DNA of 64,000 nt from Promethearchaeota archaeon (lineage in GTDB: Archaea; Asgardarchaeota; Lokiarchaeia; Sigyniarchaeales; SOKP01): assembly GCA_030599585.1 (NCBI GenBank), contig JAUVNS010000013.1:32001-96000 (forward strand), given 5' to 3'. Numbering within the stretch: the first letter of the stretch is position 1; each line of letters starts with the position of its first letter. Both the position numbers and the translations under genes were made by a program. A model generated the notes under the pieces. It searched no databases, was not told the DNA's origin, and saw only the letters and a list, made by a program, of their open reading frames with translations. Positions 37,651 to 46,926 of this stretch are shown one piece after another.

Positions 37651-37796
37651 TTTTACATATGTTGATGAGTTTGAAGTAAGCACTCTGGATTTAGAGTATA
37701 ATTTATTTTGAAAATATTTTTATTAGCGTATAACCTAATAATTAAAATAATCAGATTTAATGTAAAAAGAAACTCAAAGGAAATTTCTAATTAATT

Positions 37797-39410
37797 ATGC
37801 CAGACTCAAATCTTTTACCACAAGAAATATTTGATAAACGAGAAGAGTATGGATTAGAAAAGTCCTTTGAAATGCTAACAGATATTATTGAAACTGATAA
37901 AGACAATAGTAAAAGAAAAGGAGCAATAAAATTCCTTAGCAAGATAATAAAATTAGTTCCTAGTTTAAACAACGAATGCTTTGCTACATTGGAAAATATC
38001 CTCATTTCTGAACTTAATATTGATGTAAAATGTGAAGGGGCAGAAGCTTTAGGAAAACTGAAGAACGATAAAGCACTCAAACCCTTAAAATGGACATTAG
38101 AACAGAAATCAGCTGGTGTTGACCTAAGATTGATAGTTTTGAAGGCAATAATGACAACGAAATTTAAAGAACCTCAAATTACAATTTTTATAAATGAATT
38201 AAATTCTGAATATAGTTCCATCAGAGAATATGTCACGAGTCAACTAGTGGGGCTTGAACCTGAAATTCTTACAAGGATATTATTGGAAAATTTAGAGAGT
38301 GAGAGCATCTCAAATAAACATAAATCAGAAATAATCAAACTAATTGGATATGAACTTTCTAGCATAAATGTTTCATTTCAAGATAGAGATTATATTAAAG
38401 TGAAATATCCTGAGGTCGTTTCCAGTTTACTTCGTAATAAAACAGTATTATTAGAACAAATTACTCGAAACTTAAAAACCGAAGATACTGAGTTAATTGA
38501 CTCAGCAACTTTGATATTGAGACTTTTAAGCCCCGAGATTAACAAGGATGTAATCAAATTACTATTAAGTGACGACTTCATAATTAGGAAAAACGCTATC
38601 ACTATAACTGGAAAGCTAAAGATAAAGGATGCTGTCGAACCTTTATTTTCAGGCTTAGATAATATTTATAGAGAAGTTAGCATAGCCACGATTGAAGCTT
38701 TAGGAGAAATTGGTGATCTTTCTTCTGTTTCCGAGTTGCTTGATGTTTTGAACGTTGAGGATATAAGCTTTGAATACACTGACATAGACATGAAGTTTTA
38801 CATAATGGATGCTGTAAAGAAAATTTATTCGAGCAATAAGGGGTCTAATTACGATTATCTGTTAACCAATTTAGAATCAAATAGCGAAACACTTAAGGAA
38901 AGTATCGCATTCATACTAGGAGAAATTGGAAATGAGGAATTTTCCGACCCTTTAACTAAATTACTGAAAACTAGGAATTTAGATGTTAAGAAAAACGCGA
39001 TTATAGCTCTAGGTAAAATTGGAAGCATTGATCCTATTTCACAATTAATAGAGATCTTAGAAAATCCAGATTCCTACTGGTTGATTAAAAAAGTAGCAAT
39101 GGATGCAATATATTACATTTTTCAGAGAAATTGGTATCGAATAAAGGATAATAATGTAGAATTTAAAAGAACATTAACCAAACACATCGCCACCTTAATT
39201 GAAGTTTTAAAGAAAAGCGAAGCAGAAAACGCTAAGGTTAAAATTAGTCTAATAAAATTCCTAGAGTTTTATGGTGATGAACCAGCTTTGAGTGCTTTGC
39301 TCGCAAGAGTAAACGATTTTCCTAGAATAGTTAGGATACACGCAAGCAATGCGATTAAAAAAATCGAAGATAAGATAGAGGAACGACTCGGCCTCGATAC
39401 AGTCGATTAA
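37797..39410 (+). CDS. HEAT/PBS-lyase-like repeat protein
   Basis: Repeated AxxALGxIG...AxxPL helical units. Confidence 0.8.
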   Translation: MPDSNLLPQEIFDKREEYGLEKSFEMLTDIIETDKDNSKRKGAIKFLSKIIKLVPSLNNECFATLENILISELNIDVKCEGAEALGKLKNDKALKPLKWTLEQKSAGVDLRLIVLKAIMTTKFKEPQITIFINELNSEYSSIREYVTSQLVGLEPEILTRILLENLESESISNKHKSEIIKLIGYELSSINVSFQDRDYIKVKYPEVVSSLLRNKTVLLEQITRNLKTEDTELIDSATLILRLLSPEINKDVIKLLLSDDFIIRKNAITITGKLKIKDAVEPLFSGLDNIYREVSIATIEALGEIGDLSSVSELLDVLNVEDISFEYTDIDMKFYIMDAVKKIYSSNKGSNYDYLLTNLESNSETLKESIAFILGEIGNEEFSDPLTKLLKTRNLDVKKNAIIALGKIGSIDPISQLIEILENPDSYWLIKKVAMDAIYYIFQRNWYRIKDNNVEFKRTLTKHIATLIEVLKKSEAENAKVKISLIKFLEFYGDEPALSALLARVNDFPRIVRIHASNAIKKIEDKIEERLGLDTVD

Positions 39411-39531
39411 ATGTGCAAAAAGACCCTTTTCCCTTTTTTTAGTAAATTTTAATATATGTAATCCATAACCATAACATAATTATCAAATTATTAAATCTGG
39501 CTAATAGAAAGTTTTTGATGATTAATAGAAA

Positions 39532-41031
39532 ATGACGGAAAATCCAACTGAACACGAGTCAGAATCTACTCAATATGATTATTCCTTTGATTATATTCAA
39601 AAGAAACTCGAGGGGAAAAAAGACTCCTATGGAATGTTAATGAAGGAAATAGTTCGAGCAGGTATCTGTACTGAGTGTGGAACATGTGCCGCCGTTTGTC
39701 CAGTGCTCGAATGGGACCATTTGGCTGGACAACCTAAGTTAATAGGCAAATGCACTGGCTGTGGAATTTGTTACAATCAATGCCCCCGAACTATTACCGA
39801 CCCGATTCAATTGATGGGAGAATTCAAGACAGGGTATGTGTCGAATACAAATATTCCAGAAGTAGTTGGAGCTCAAGATGGAGGGACTGTGACTTCTTTA
39901 TTATGTTATTTGTTCGCTGAGCATTTAATTGATGCAGCAATTGTTTCAACAAAAGATCCTAAAAATCCATGGCATCCAGTTTCACAAATTATTACAAATA
40001 AAGAGGAGGCCATTAAAGCAGCCGGTTCCATTTATTGCCATTCTCAAACTGTTGAAGCTCTAATGGACGCAATACGAGAAGGTTATCGCTCGATTGCTTT
40101 TGTTGGCACACCCTGCAATATCGATGCTGTTGATAAGATGACGAGCTCTCCAGCAGGCATGTTAAAATATTTCATGCGAGCACATATTCTTAAGATTGGC
40201 TTATTCTGCATGGATTCGTTTGCTCCTGAAACACTTTATCCGTTTTTTGAAACAGATGGCATAGAATTAGCTAAAGTAGTAAAAATGGATATCAATAAGG
40301 GAAAGTTCCACATATATTACGATCACGATGGAGAACCAGTAAAATCATACTCCATTAGGGAATTACACAAATTCAAATCTTCGAGTTGTAATTTCTGTAC
40401 AGATCTGACTGCTGAAAATGCAGACATTTCAATAGGTTCTGTCGGAAGCGGTCCTAAGAAAAACACGGCTTTTGCAAGAACTGGGATTGGAACAGAGATA
40501 ATTGAAGATGCTGCGAAAAAAGGGTATCTACAAATCGAACCTTATAACGCTATTAATTTAAACGCAGTATTGTTTCTAGCCAAACTTAAAAAAGTTTCTA
40601 AATATAATATTCAAAAACGTAAAGTTTTTATCGTCCAAGACTCTCAAAAACAAGAGGAACCAAAATTTGAAACAAAACCGGAAGCAGAGCAAACAATAAC
40701 GAAGCCGTTGGGTTCCAGAAAATTCTTGAAAGTCTCAAAAAGTATTAACGAGGAAGACGTTGTGCTAAAGATTTCGTTAACCAATTCTGTTGGTTATCTC
40801 TTGGAAGATATAAAGATTAGGATTGTCATAGTCGAAGAGCTTTTTGAAAAGAAGCCATGGATAACTTCAATCAGAGAATTATTTCCTTACGAAACAATAG
40901 AAATAGGTTATCCTTTAGAAACCGTTAATAACGACATAGTCTACTCCAACGTACTAGTAGAAGCATCAACGGAAAAATTTGGAAAAATTTTCTCAAGAAC
41001 CTTTAAATTAGCCCCAAAAGAAGAAAAATGA
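39532..41031 (+). CDS. FrhB-family protein with ferredoxin domain and unusual C-terminal beta-rich extension
   Basis: CTECGTCAAVCP, CTGCGICYNQCP, QDGGTVT, VGTPC, GLFCMDSF, CNFCTD...ADISIGSVGS; about 130 extra C-terminal residues. Confidence 0.85.
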   Translation: MTENPTEHESESTQYDYSFDYIQKKLEGKKDSYGMLMKEIVRAGICTECGTCAAVCPVLEWDHLAGQPKLIGKCTGCGICYNQCPRTITDPIQLMGEFKTGYVSNTNIPEVVGAQDGGTVTSLLCYLFAEHLIDAAIVSTKDPKNPWHPVSQIITNKEEAIKAAGSIYCHSQTVEALMDAIREGYRSIAFVGTPCNIDAVDKMTSSPAGMLKYFMRAHILKIGLFCMDSFAPETLYPFFETDGIELAKVVKMDINKGKFHIYYDHDGEPVKSYSIRELHKFKSSSCNFCTDLTAENADISIGSVGSGPKKNTAFARTGIGTEIIEDAAKKGYLQIEPYNAINLNAVLFLAKLKKVSKYNIQKRKVFIVQDSQKQEEPKFETKPEAEQTITKPLGSRKFLKVSKSINEEDVVLKISLTNSVGYLLEDIKIRIVIVEELFEKKPWITSIRELFPYETIEIGYPLETVNNDIVYSNVLVEASTEKFGKIFSRTFKLAPKEEK

Positions 41032-41050
41032 TACTATTCCCTACGAGTTC

Positions 41051-42238
41051 CTATGCTGAATTTTCAGGGCTAATCAAGATAGTATCTTCGCAAAAAATTT
41101 CAAACACTACTTTACAATACCTAAGTTTACTATTTAGTAGTTTTAAAATGTTTTCACCAAAATGTCTAAGGTTTTTGGAATAATAGATTTTTTGATTACC
41201 TTGTTCGATTATGTACGAGTGAATCAATTCTCTGGTTTTGTCGTGTCCTTGCTTTTTTAAATATTTTTTCCAATGAACCGATACTCTAGTAATTTTCTCG
41301 ATTTTAGTATCTGGGTAAAAAATTTTATCAAAAATCAAATCGTGAAGATGGATTAATATATTACCCAGTTTTTCGAGATAATCAGAAATCGCATAAGAAT
41401 GTCTTACAAGACTGATCATATTCGAGATGATTCTGGTACTCCTAGTATTCGCGCACTCTTCAAATGATTTCCAGCTTTCATACCATTCGTCGATAGAAAA
41501 TCCTTCTGATTTACTGAAAACCATTGCAACATTTATAATATCACTGAGATCAACATTATGACCTCTATTCAGTTTCTTCTTAAAAATATCTTTTAAATCT
41601 GAGCCATCGAGATATGTTCCTGCTCCAAAATCAAGCCCTTGATTTATATCATTGGATGCAATAAGTACGTGTTCCTTGGTAGCATGTGAAATTGGATCTT
41701 CCCAGTAAACTGTTTTTTCCCATTCTTTCGTAATTTTATTTTTTATCCATCCGTTCGTTTCCAAGACGTGTTCGAGTAAATCAATCGTGTAAATCCAAAG
41801 ATCAATGTCATCCGTAAATCTTTTTCTTCTCCAATCTCGGGATGTATATTTTCCCAAATATAATTTCACCGTTCCTCTTACCAATGCAAATTTTCCGTTT
41901 TTCATTGCTTCGACCGCGTCCGTATGATACGGAGCATTAGTATTGTTAGATATTTTTACAATTTCATTCAAAATGACCCTTGCTTCTGTGGCTACTATAT
42001 CTGTTGGAATGTTTCCGTCTGACGGATATTCCCTTGATCCACCCTCTATAAATTTTTGAAATAACTTAAAATCATTTGAAGGAATTGAATATCGTGAATT
42101 TTCAAACATTTTTTTAGTAAAAACATAATGCGTAAAACCATCGAGATCTTCATAAGTATCTTTCGTTATTGAATTAATAATTCTAAGGTTATCACCTTTT
42201 ATCATTTCATCAGCATTACAATCCCAAATATCGTTCAT
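41051..42238 (-). CDS. Hypothetical protein with nucleotidyltransferase-like motif
   Basis: RFTDDIDLW and KKLNRGHNVDLSD resemble motifs of the AbiEii/DUF1814-type Pol-beta superfamily. Confidence 0.55.
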   Translation of the reverse strand: MNDIWDCNADEMIKGDNLRIINSITKDTYEDLDGFTHYVFTKKMFENSRYSIPSNDFKLFQKFIEGGSREYPSDGNIPTDIVATEARVILNEIVKISNNTNAPYHTDAVEAMKNGKFALVRGTVKLYLGKYTSRDWRRKRFTDDIDLWIYTIDLLEHVLETNGWIKNKITKEWEKTVYWEDPISHATKEHVLIASNDINQGLDFGAGTYLDGSDLKDIFKKKLNRGHNVDLSDIINVAMVFSKSEGFSIDEWYESWKSFEECANTRSTRIISNMISLVRHSYAISDYLEKLGNILIHLHDLIFDKIFYPDTKIEKITRVSVHWKKYLKKQGHDKTRELIHSYIIEQGNQKIYYSKNLRHFGENILKLLNSKLRYCKVVFEIFCEDTILISPENSA

Positions 42239-42449
42239 GACAAAAACCTATTTTTTAACTACTTATATGTCAAGTGGCTTTATAATTTTATCTATGGTTT
42301 CATTATTTAATATTTTTGAATGAATTTCATAAGTAATTGATTGATTTAAATTATCAAATACTCAAATCCTATACTTTTTTAACACTTAATTCATTGCAAA
42401 AATTAATTATTAAATGTTAATAAGTAATAATTGCTAAAGGTGATTAATC

Positions 42450-43358
42450 CTGAAGATAAGCTTAGTTGGTTTGGGGGGCTGCGGTAAGACGAGTCTTTAC
42501 TCCGTAGCATTTGCTGAGACGAAACCAGAGGATACCAAGAAATTGAGTCCAACAATTTTATATGAAACGAGAAGGCATCCCTTTCTTGGACTTCAAGTTG
42601 GAATTTTCGATTTCGGTGGCCAGGAACAATATCGAAAAGAGTATATGGACCGGCCAGACATCTTCAAAGGAACCGATGTATTAATTTGTGTCGTTGATCT
42701 GCACGATCCGAATTCTTTTGATCAAGCGAAAGAGTATTTTGAGGGCTTATTGGATATCCATCGGAAAAATAACGAAAAGCCTAAAGTCCTATTGTTCTTG
42801 CATAAGTACGATACTGAGGACTATCAGAAAGAAATGCTGGATACTAACGTAAAGAACGCTAAGGAACTCTTTTTAGATGTCTTTAAAGATTACGATTTCG
42901 AATCAAAACTCACGAGTATTTATCAGCAAGATGAATTGGCTAAAATTTTCCGCGATATATTGATTTCCTCGTATAAAGACCTAAAGAAATCTGTAGAAAA
43001 GGCTGAAAGTCAACTTGAGGAAATAAAAGCAAAAATAATAATTTCTGATGTTTCTGGTAATGTATTGGTTCATAACGTTCAAGGTGTTAGTAGTGGTTTG
43101 ACATTAAGGGGGGACTTAAGGGATTTTATTGACGCATGTAATACCGTAAGAGAGAATATTTTTATGTCCGATTCATGCCGTTTCACGGGTCAAAGTGAGG
43201 ACGGAAAAGGGATCGAGCTCCATATCTTTAAATATATTATCTCCGTATTTGTTATGAAGTCAGGAGAATTAGAAAGAGAATCTCAGGACAAGTTAAATGT
43301 GCTACTTAACGATATGAAATTATTTGCAGATTTGATCATTTCTGCGCATAATGATTAG
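42450..43358 (+). CDS. Small GTPase of Rag/Gtr-like type with C-terminal roadblock/longin-like domain; inferred CTG (or ATC) start
   Basis: KISLVGLGGCGKTS (G1), SPTI (G2), DFGGQ (G3), HKYD (G4), TSIY (G5); about 115-aa C-terminal alpha/beta domain. Confidence 0.8.
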   Translation: MKISLVGLGGCGKTSLYSVAFAETKPEDTKKLSPTILYETRRHPFLGLQVGIFDFGGQEQYRKEYMDRPDIFKGTDVLICVVDLHDPNSFDQAKEYFEGLLDIHRKNNEKPKVLLFLHKYDTEDYQKEMLDTNVKNAKELFLDVFKDYDFESKLTSIYQQDELAKIFRDILISSYKDLKKSVEKAESQLEEIKAKIIISDVSGNVLVHNVQGVSSGLTLRGDLRDFIDACNTVRENIFMSDSCRFTGQSEDGKGIELHIFKYIISVFVMKSGELERESQDKLNVLLNDMKLFADLIISAHND

Positions 43359-43497
43359 AACTTGAGAAATAAGTATTAATTTTTTCTTTTAAATTTCTAT
43401 TATTGAAAATTGTATTTAAATATAATTTTGAAATCTATCTCCTTTAATAATTATTAAAAAAAGAGCTCTGATTCTAAAAATCTTAATAATAATAAAT

Positions 43498-44895
43498 CTA
43501 GTTTTCTAACAATTTGCGAATGTATCTATCTTTATTTTTATTAAAAAATTCTGATATATCGTTATTTGTCGGATTTGTATCCATAATTTTATCTATAAGC
43601 AAATCTCTAGCTTGAGCAAATGTCTTATCCCATAATTTATAAGCTATGTGATCTAGATTGACTACATTAAGTATTTCTTTTATCTGTTTTCGTGAAGCAT
43701 TGATTAAAATAAGATCTTTAAAAATATAATTGAAATATGCTAATTTTGCTTTATAATATCCTCCCCAAAAATTAATAACATAATGTCTCAACGCCATTCT
43801 CGATAAAGCAGGAAAAAATTCAATCATTCTATCATAATCATAACCTTCTACGATATATGTTGCTATTGTTTCTTTTAAAAGCTTTAGTCTTACTTGCGTA
43901 AAACTCATGTTATATATTATTTGACACCATCTCCCAATTTTTTGCTCTGTAACTCTATTTCCATCTAAACCAATCATTGGGGCAATAGCTATTTTGCGAT
44001 ATCCTTTTTTAATAAGTGGTTCAATCGTGTCTTTGATAAATTGATATCTTAATTCCATATAAGTGAATGAATATCCTGATTTTGGTTTTTTATATTCTCT
44101 TTTTATTCTATCTAAAATTGTTTCTTTTGTAACATTAAAATGTTGAGCAATTTGCGTTAAAGGAGCCTTCATCAAATCAATTGTAATTGACTTTCGCAAC
44201 ATTGTATCTAGTTCCTTCATCGGTATTTCAATCCATGAAGGGCTTTTGTTCCCAATCAGGGGAAGTTTTCCATCTAAATCTCCTATTATTTCATTATAAC
44301 CTTTTCTAAGATCATAGCCATCTTCATTATCAGTCCTAAAAAAATACAATTGCCAAAAAATTTCTTTAGCACTAAGATTTTGCTCATTACAACAAACATC
44401 TAAGATTTCATAACTAAAAGATTTTGGTTCGTTTAAAGATTTGCGTATAATTCGATTAAAGCGTGCATTATTTATGTATTCACTGTTGTTATTTACTCTA
44501 AATGAGTCTGATTTATATATATTCCAACGTTTTTTAAAAGTTAATATTGTCTTCCCTATTCGGTTTTTATTTCTTTTATTGTATGTGATTTTATAAATTA
44601 TTCCATAATATTCTTTGAATCCTTGAATAAACTCCTTATACAGTTCATTTATCTCATCCTGAGAAAGCTTTACTCTACTTTTGGAAAAATCTAAATTAAA
44701 AGTTTTTAGGTATTTAGAGAAGATATTATCAAATTTTCTTAGATAATAGTCTAAAAATTCTAATGCATCACTATAACAATGAGAAACAAGTTTTTCATCA
44801 CAATTCAAGAAGGGATATTTAGGTGCGACAAAACTATCTTTATTGAATCGATTGCCTTTCTTTTCCATATCTAACTCTTTTTTTATTTTCCTCAA
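43498..44895 (-). CDS. GIY-YIG-like endonuclease with C-terminal tandem helical/HTH-like repeats (homing endonuclease-like); start may be ATG 44868
   Basis: GIIYKIT...RIGKT...FKKRW, FSYEILD...LSAKEIFW...GYN; later TQIAQHFNVTKETI HTH-like segment; visibly AT-richer than its neighbours. Confidence 0.65.
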   Translation of the reverse strand: MRKIKKELDMEKKGNRFNKDSFVAPKYPFLNCDEKLVSHCYSDALEFLDYYLRKFDNIFSKYLKTFNLDFSKSRVKLSQDEINELYKEFIQGFKEYYGIIYKITYNKRNKNRIGKTILTFKKRWNIYKSDSFRVNNNSEYINNARFNRIIRKSLNEPKSFSYEILDVCCNEQNLSAKEIFWQLYFFRTDNEDGYDLRKGYNEIIGDLDGKLPLIGNKSPSWIEIPMKELDTMLRKSITIDLMKAPLTQIAQHFNVTKETILDRIKREYKKPKSGYSFTYMELRYQFIKDTIEPLIKKGYRKIAIAPMIGLDGNRVTEQKIGRWCQIIYNMSFTQVRLKLLKETIATYIVEGYDYDRMIEFFPALSRMALRHYVINFWGGYYKAKLAYFNYIFKDLILINASRKQIKEILNVVNLDHIAYKLWDKTFAQARDLLIDKIMDTNPTNNDISEFFNKNKDRYIRKLLEN

Positions 44896-45108
44896 GCATA
44901 TTTAGCTAATTAAACTTAAAATTTAATTACCCTCCTCTAAATTTCTAAAATAATCTTTATCTATAGATTTAATAATTTCAGCTCACAACGACTAACCTCA
45001 ATATCAATTTATTTATTTTTACTTTTATCTCTTTTTTAGTATTTAACTCTTTGAGTAAATATTTTCGAAAAATTTTTTGTATTTGCATTATTATTAAAAT
45101 TGTATCAA

Positions 45109-46245
45109 ATGTCGGAAAAAGTAGAAGATCGAATTAAAGAATTAGAAGAACGATTGGCTTCCACGAAGGTAAATAAGGCAACGCAAAAAAGTATTAACTT
45201 CATTAAAGCACAGCTAGCGAAACTCAGAGAAGATCTGATTCGTATTGCCAGTTCTAAGAAAGGCGGTGGTGGTGGCTTTGGAATTAAAAGAACCGGAGAT
45301 GCTCAAGTGGCATTCATTGGATTTCCCTCAGTTGGGAAATCTTCTTTATTAAATTTGCTAACTGAAGGTAATACTAAATCTAAAGTTGCAGCATATGATT
45401 TTACTACTGTTACAGCCATACCGGGCATGATGGATATCGAAGAAGCGAAAGTTCAGCTTATAGATTTACCGGGAATAATTTTAGGTGCTGCGGCTGGTAA
45501 AGGAAGGGGAAAAGAAGTATTAGCAGTGGTACGCTCGGCAGAGTTAGTGCTAATTATAATATGTTTTCGTTCTGATGGGACAATTAATTTTTCTGATTTG
45601 AAATCTATTAGAATGGAGTTAAATAACGCAGGGATCCGGTTAAATACAAGACCACCTAGGATTGTTATTAAAGAGCGTACGCGCGGAGGAATTTATTTTA
45701 CTTACAAAGGCCATCAAATCATGGATACAGACGAAGTAAAAGCTCTAATGAACGAACTGAAAGTCAGAAACGCTGGTGTTTATTTCTCTGAACCAGATAC
45801 TACGCCAGATCAATTAATAGATTTTGTATTTGGAAATCGTATCTACACAAGAGAATTTGTTGTCATAAATAAATCAGATCTAATGAAAACACCAATTTCC
45901 CCTGTAGAGATTACAGAAGCAATTGGTCACGAACATTGGGTTATGATCTCAGCTAAAAATAAAGAAAATATTAACACACTTAGGCATAATATCTTCACTG
46001 AGCTAAATTTGATCCGCGTATTTTTAAAGCCACCAAGAGAGGAGGCTGATATGGATGAGCCAATAATTCTCCACCACGGCGATACGCTGGAGAAACTCTG
46101 TCGTAAGATTCACAACCGATTCATAAAAGATTATCGCTACTCGTTAGTCTGGGGTAAATCTGCTAAACATCCAGGTCAAAAATTTGAGAACCTAGATCAT
46201 GTTATTGAAGATGGAGACATCATCTCGATTTATTTGAAGCGATAA
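45109..46245 (+). CDS. drg: DRG/Rbg (OBG superfamily) GTPase with TGS domain
   Basis: NKATQ, GFGIKRTGDA, GFPSVGKS, YDFTT, DLPGII, NKSD, VWGKSAKHPGQ. Confidence 0.92.
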   Translation: MSEKVEDRIKELEERLASTKVNKATQKSINFIKAQLAKLREDLIRIASSKKGGGGGFGIKRTGDAQVAFIGFPSVGKSSLLNLLTEGNTKSKVAAYDFTTVTAIPGMMDIEEAKVQLIDLPGIILGAAAGKGRGKEVLAVVRSAELVLIIICFRSDGTINFSDLKSIRMELNNAGIRLNTRPPRIVIKERTRGGIYFTYKGHQIMDTDEVKALMNELKVRNAGVYFSEPDTTPDQLIDFVFGNRIYTREFVVINKSDLMKTPISPVEITEAIGHEHWVMISAKNKENINTLRHNIFTELNLIRVFLKPPREEADMDEPIILHHGDTLEKLCRKIHNRFIKDYRYSLVWGKSAKHPGQKFENLDHVIEDGDIISIYLKR

Positions 46246-46279
46246 TTGGAATTTTCATAGTTTGTATAATTAATAAAAC

Positions 46280-46918
46280 CTAAGTGTAAAAAATCCTATA
46301 TAACTCATCATAAATCTCCGCAAGTTTGGAGATTCTATATGGATCGTTTTCCTGTAATGATTGAAGGAGATAAGAATTTAAACCTTGAGGATTTTTAATC
46401 CACTCTAAAAAGCCTTCCACTTCCGCCTTAAGATATGGATCAACTGAGGGTTGTGCTAATCTACTGCTCATATCAGCCAAATCATTGTCACCGGAATCAT
46501 CTACTTTGGTTTCACTAAATTGTAATTTTGATCCTTTTCTCATCATAGCGGCTGCCCTCGCTATAGCGGGGTACGCCATATGCATCCAATTTTTTGCTTT
46601 GTGCTTGATATGAGCTATAATATACACATCAGTTCCTGGTATGGATGAACCAACTAAGTGTCCCTTTTTCTGTCGGTTAGTAGCTATAAATCTTTCAGGT
46701 TGCATTTGAAGAACTGAATATCTTATGCGATTCATATTCACAAACTGAGCACTACCGCTACTCCAACTATCTAATACTCCTTTAACGTCTTTTGATACCT
46801 TCCAGTTGGCAGTTGAGTGAAGAACTTTTGCGTTACTATTAATCACAACTACTTCTGTCGCATCTGAATAATGTTTTTTTAAGCTTTTTACAATTAATTT
46901 ATAATTGACTATACTCAT
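46280..46918 (-). CDS. Asgard profilin-like domain with ~85-aa C-terminal extension
   Basis: VVINSNAKVLHSTANWKVS and IRYSVLQMQPERFIATNRQKKGHLV parallel the Loki-profilin pattern as I recall it (TENWxIS; KYMIV...ERKIGTN..GKGH). Confidence 0.6.
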   Translation of the reverse strand: MSIVNYKLIVKSLKKHYSDATEVVVINSNAKVLHSTANWKVSKDVKGVLDSWSSGSAQFVNMNRIRYSVLQMQPERFIATNRQKKGHLVGSSIPGTDVYIIAHIKHKAKNWMHMAYPAIARAAAMMRKGSKLQFSETKVDDSGDNDLADMSSRLAQPSVDPYLKAEVEGFLEWIKNPQGLNSYLLQSLQENDPYRISKLAEIYDELYRIFYT

Positions 46919-46926
46919 CCACCAAT

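Noticed and set aside
22261-41031. Hdr/Frh genes as evidence of methanogenesis
   Set aside because: No mcr or mtr genes in the window; HdrA, MvhD and FrhB families are widespread in non-methanogenic anaerobes, including Asgard archaea.
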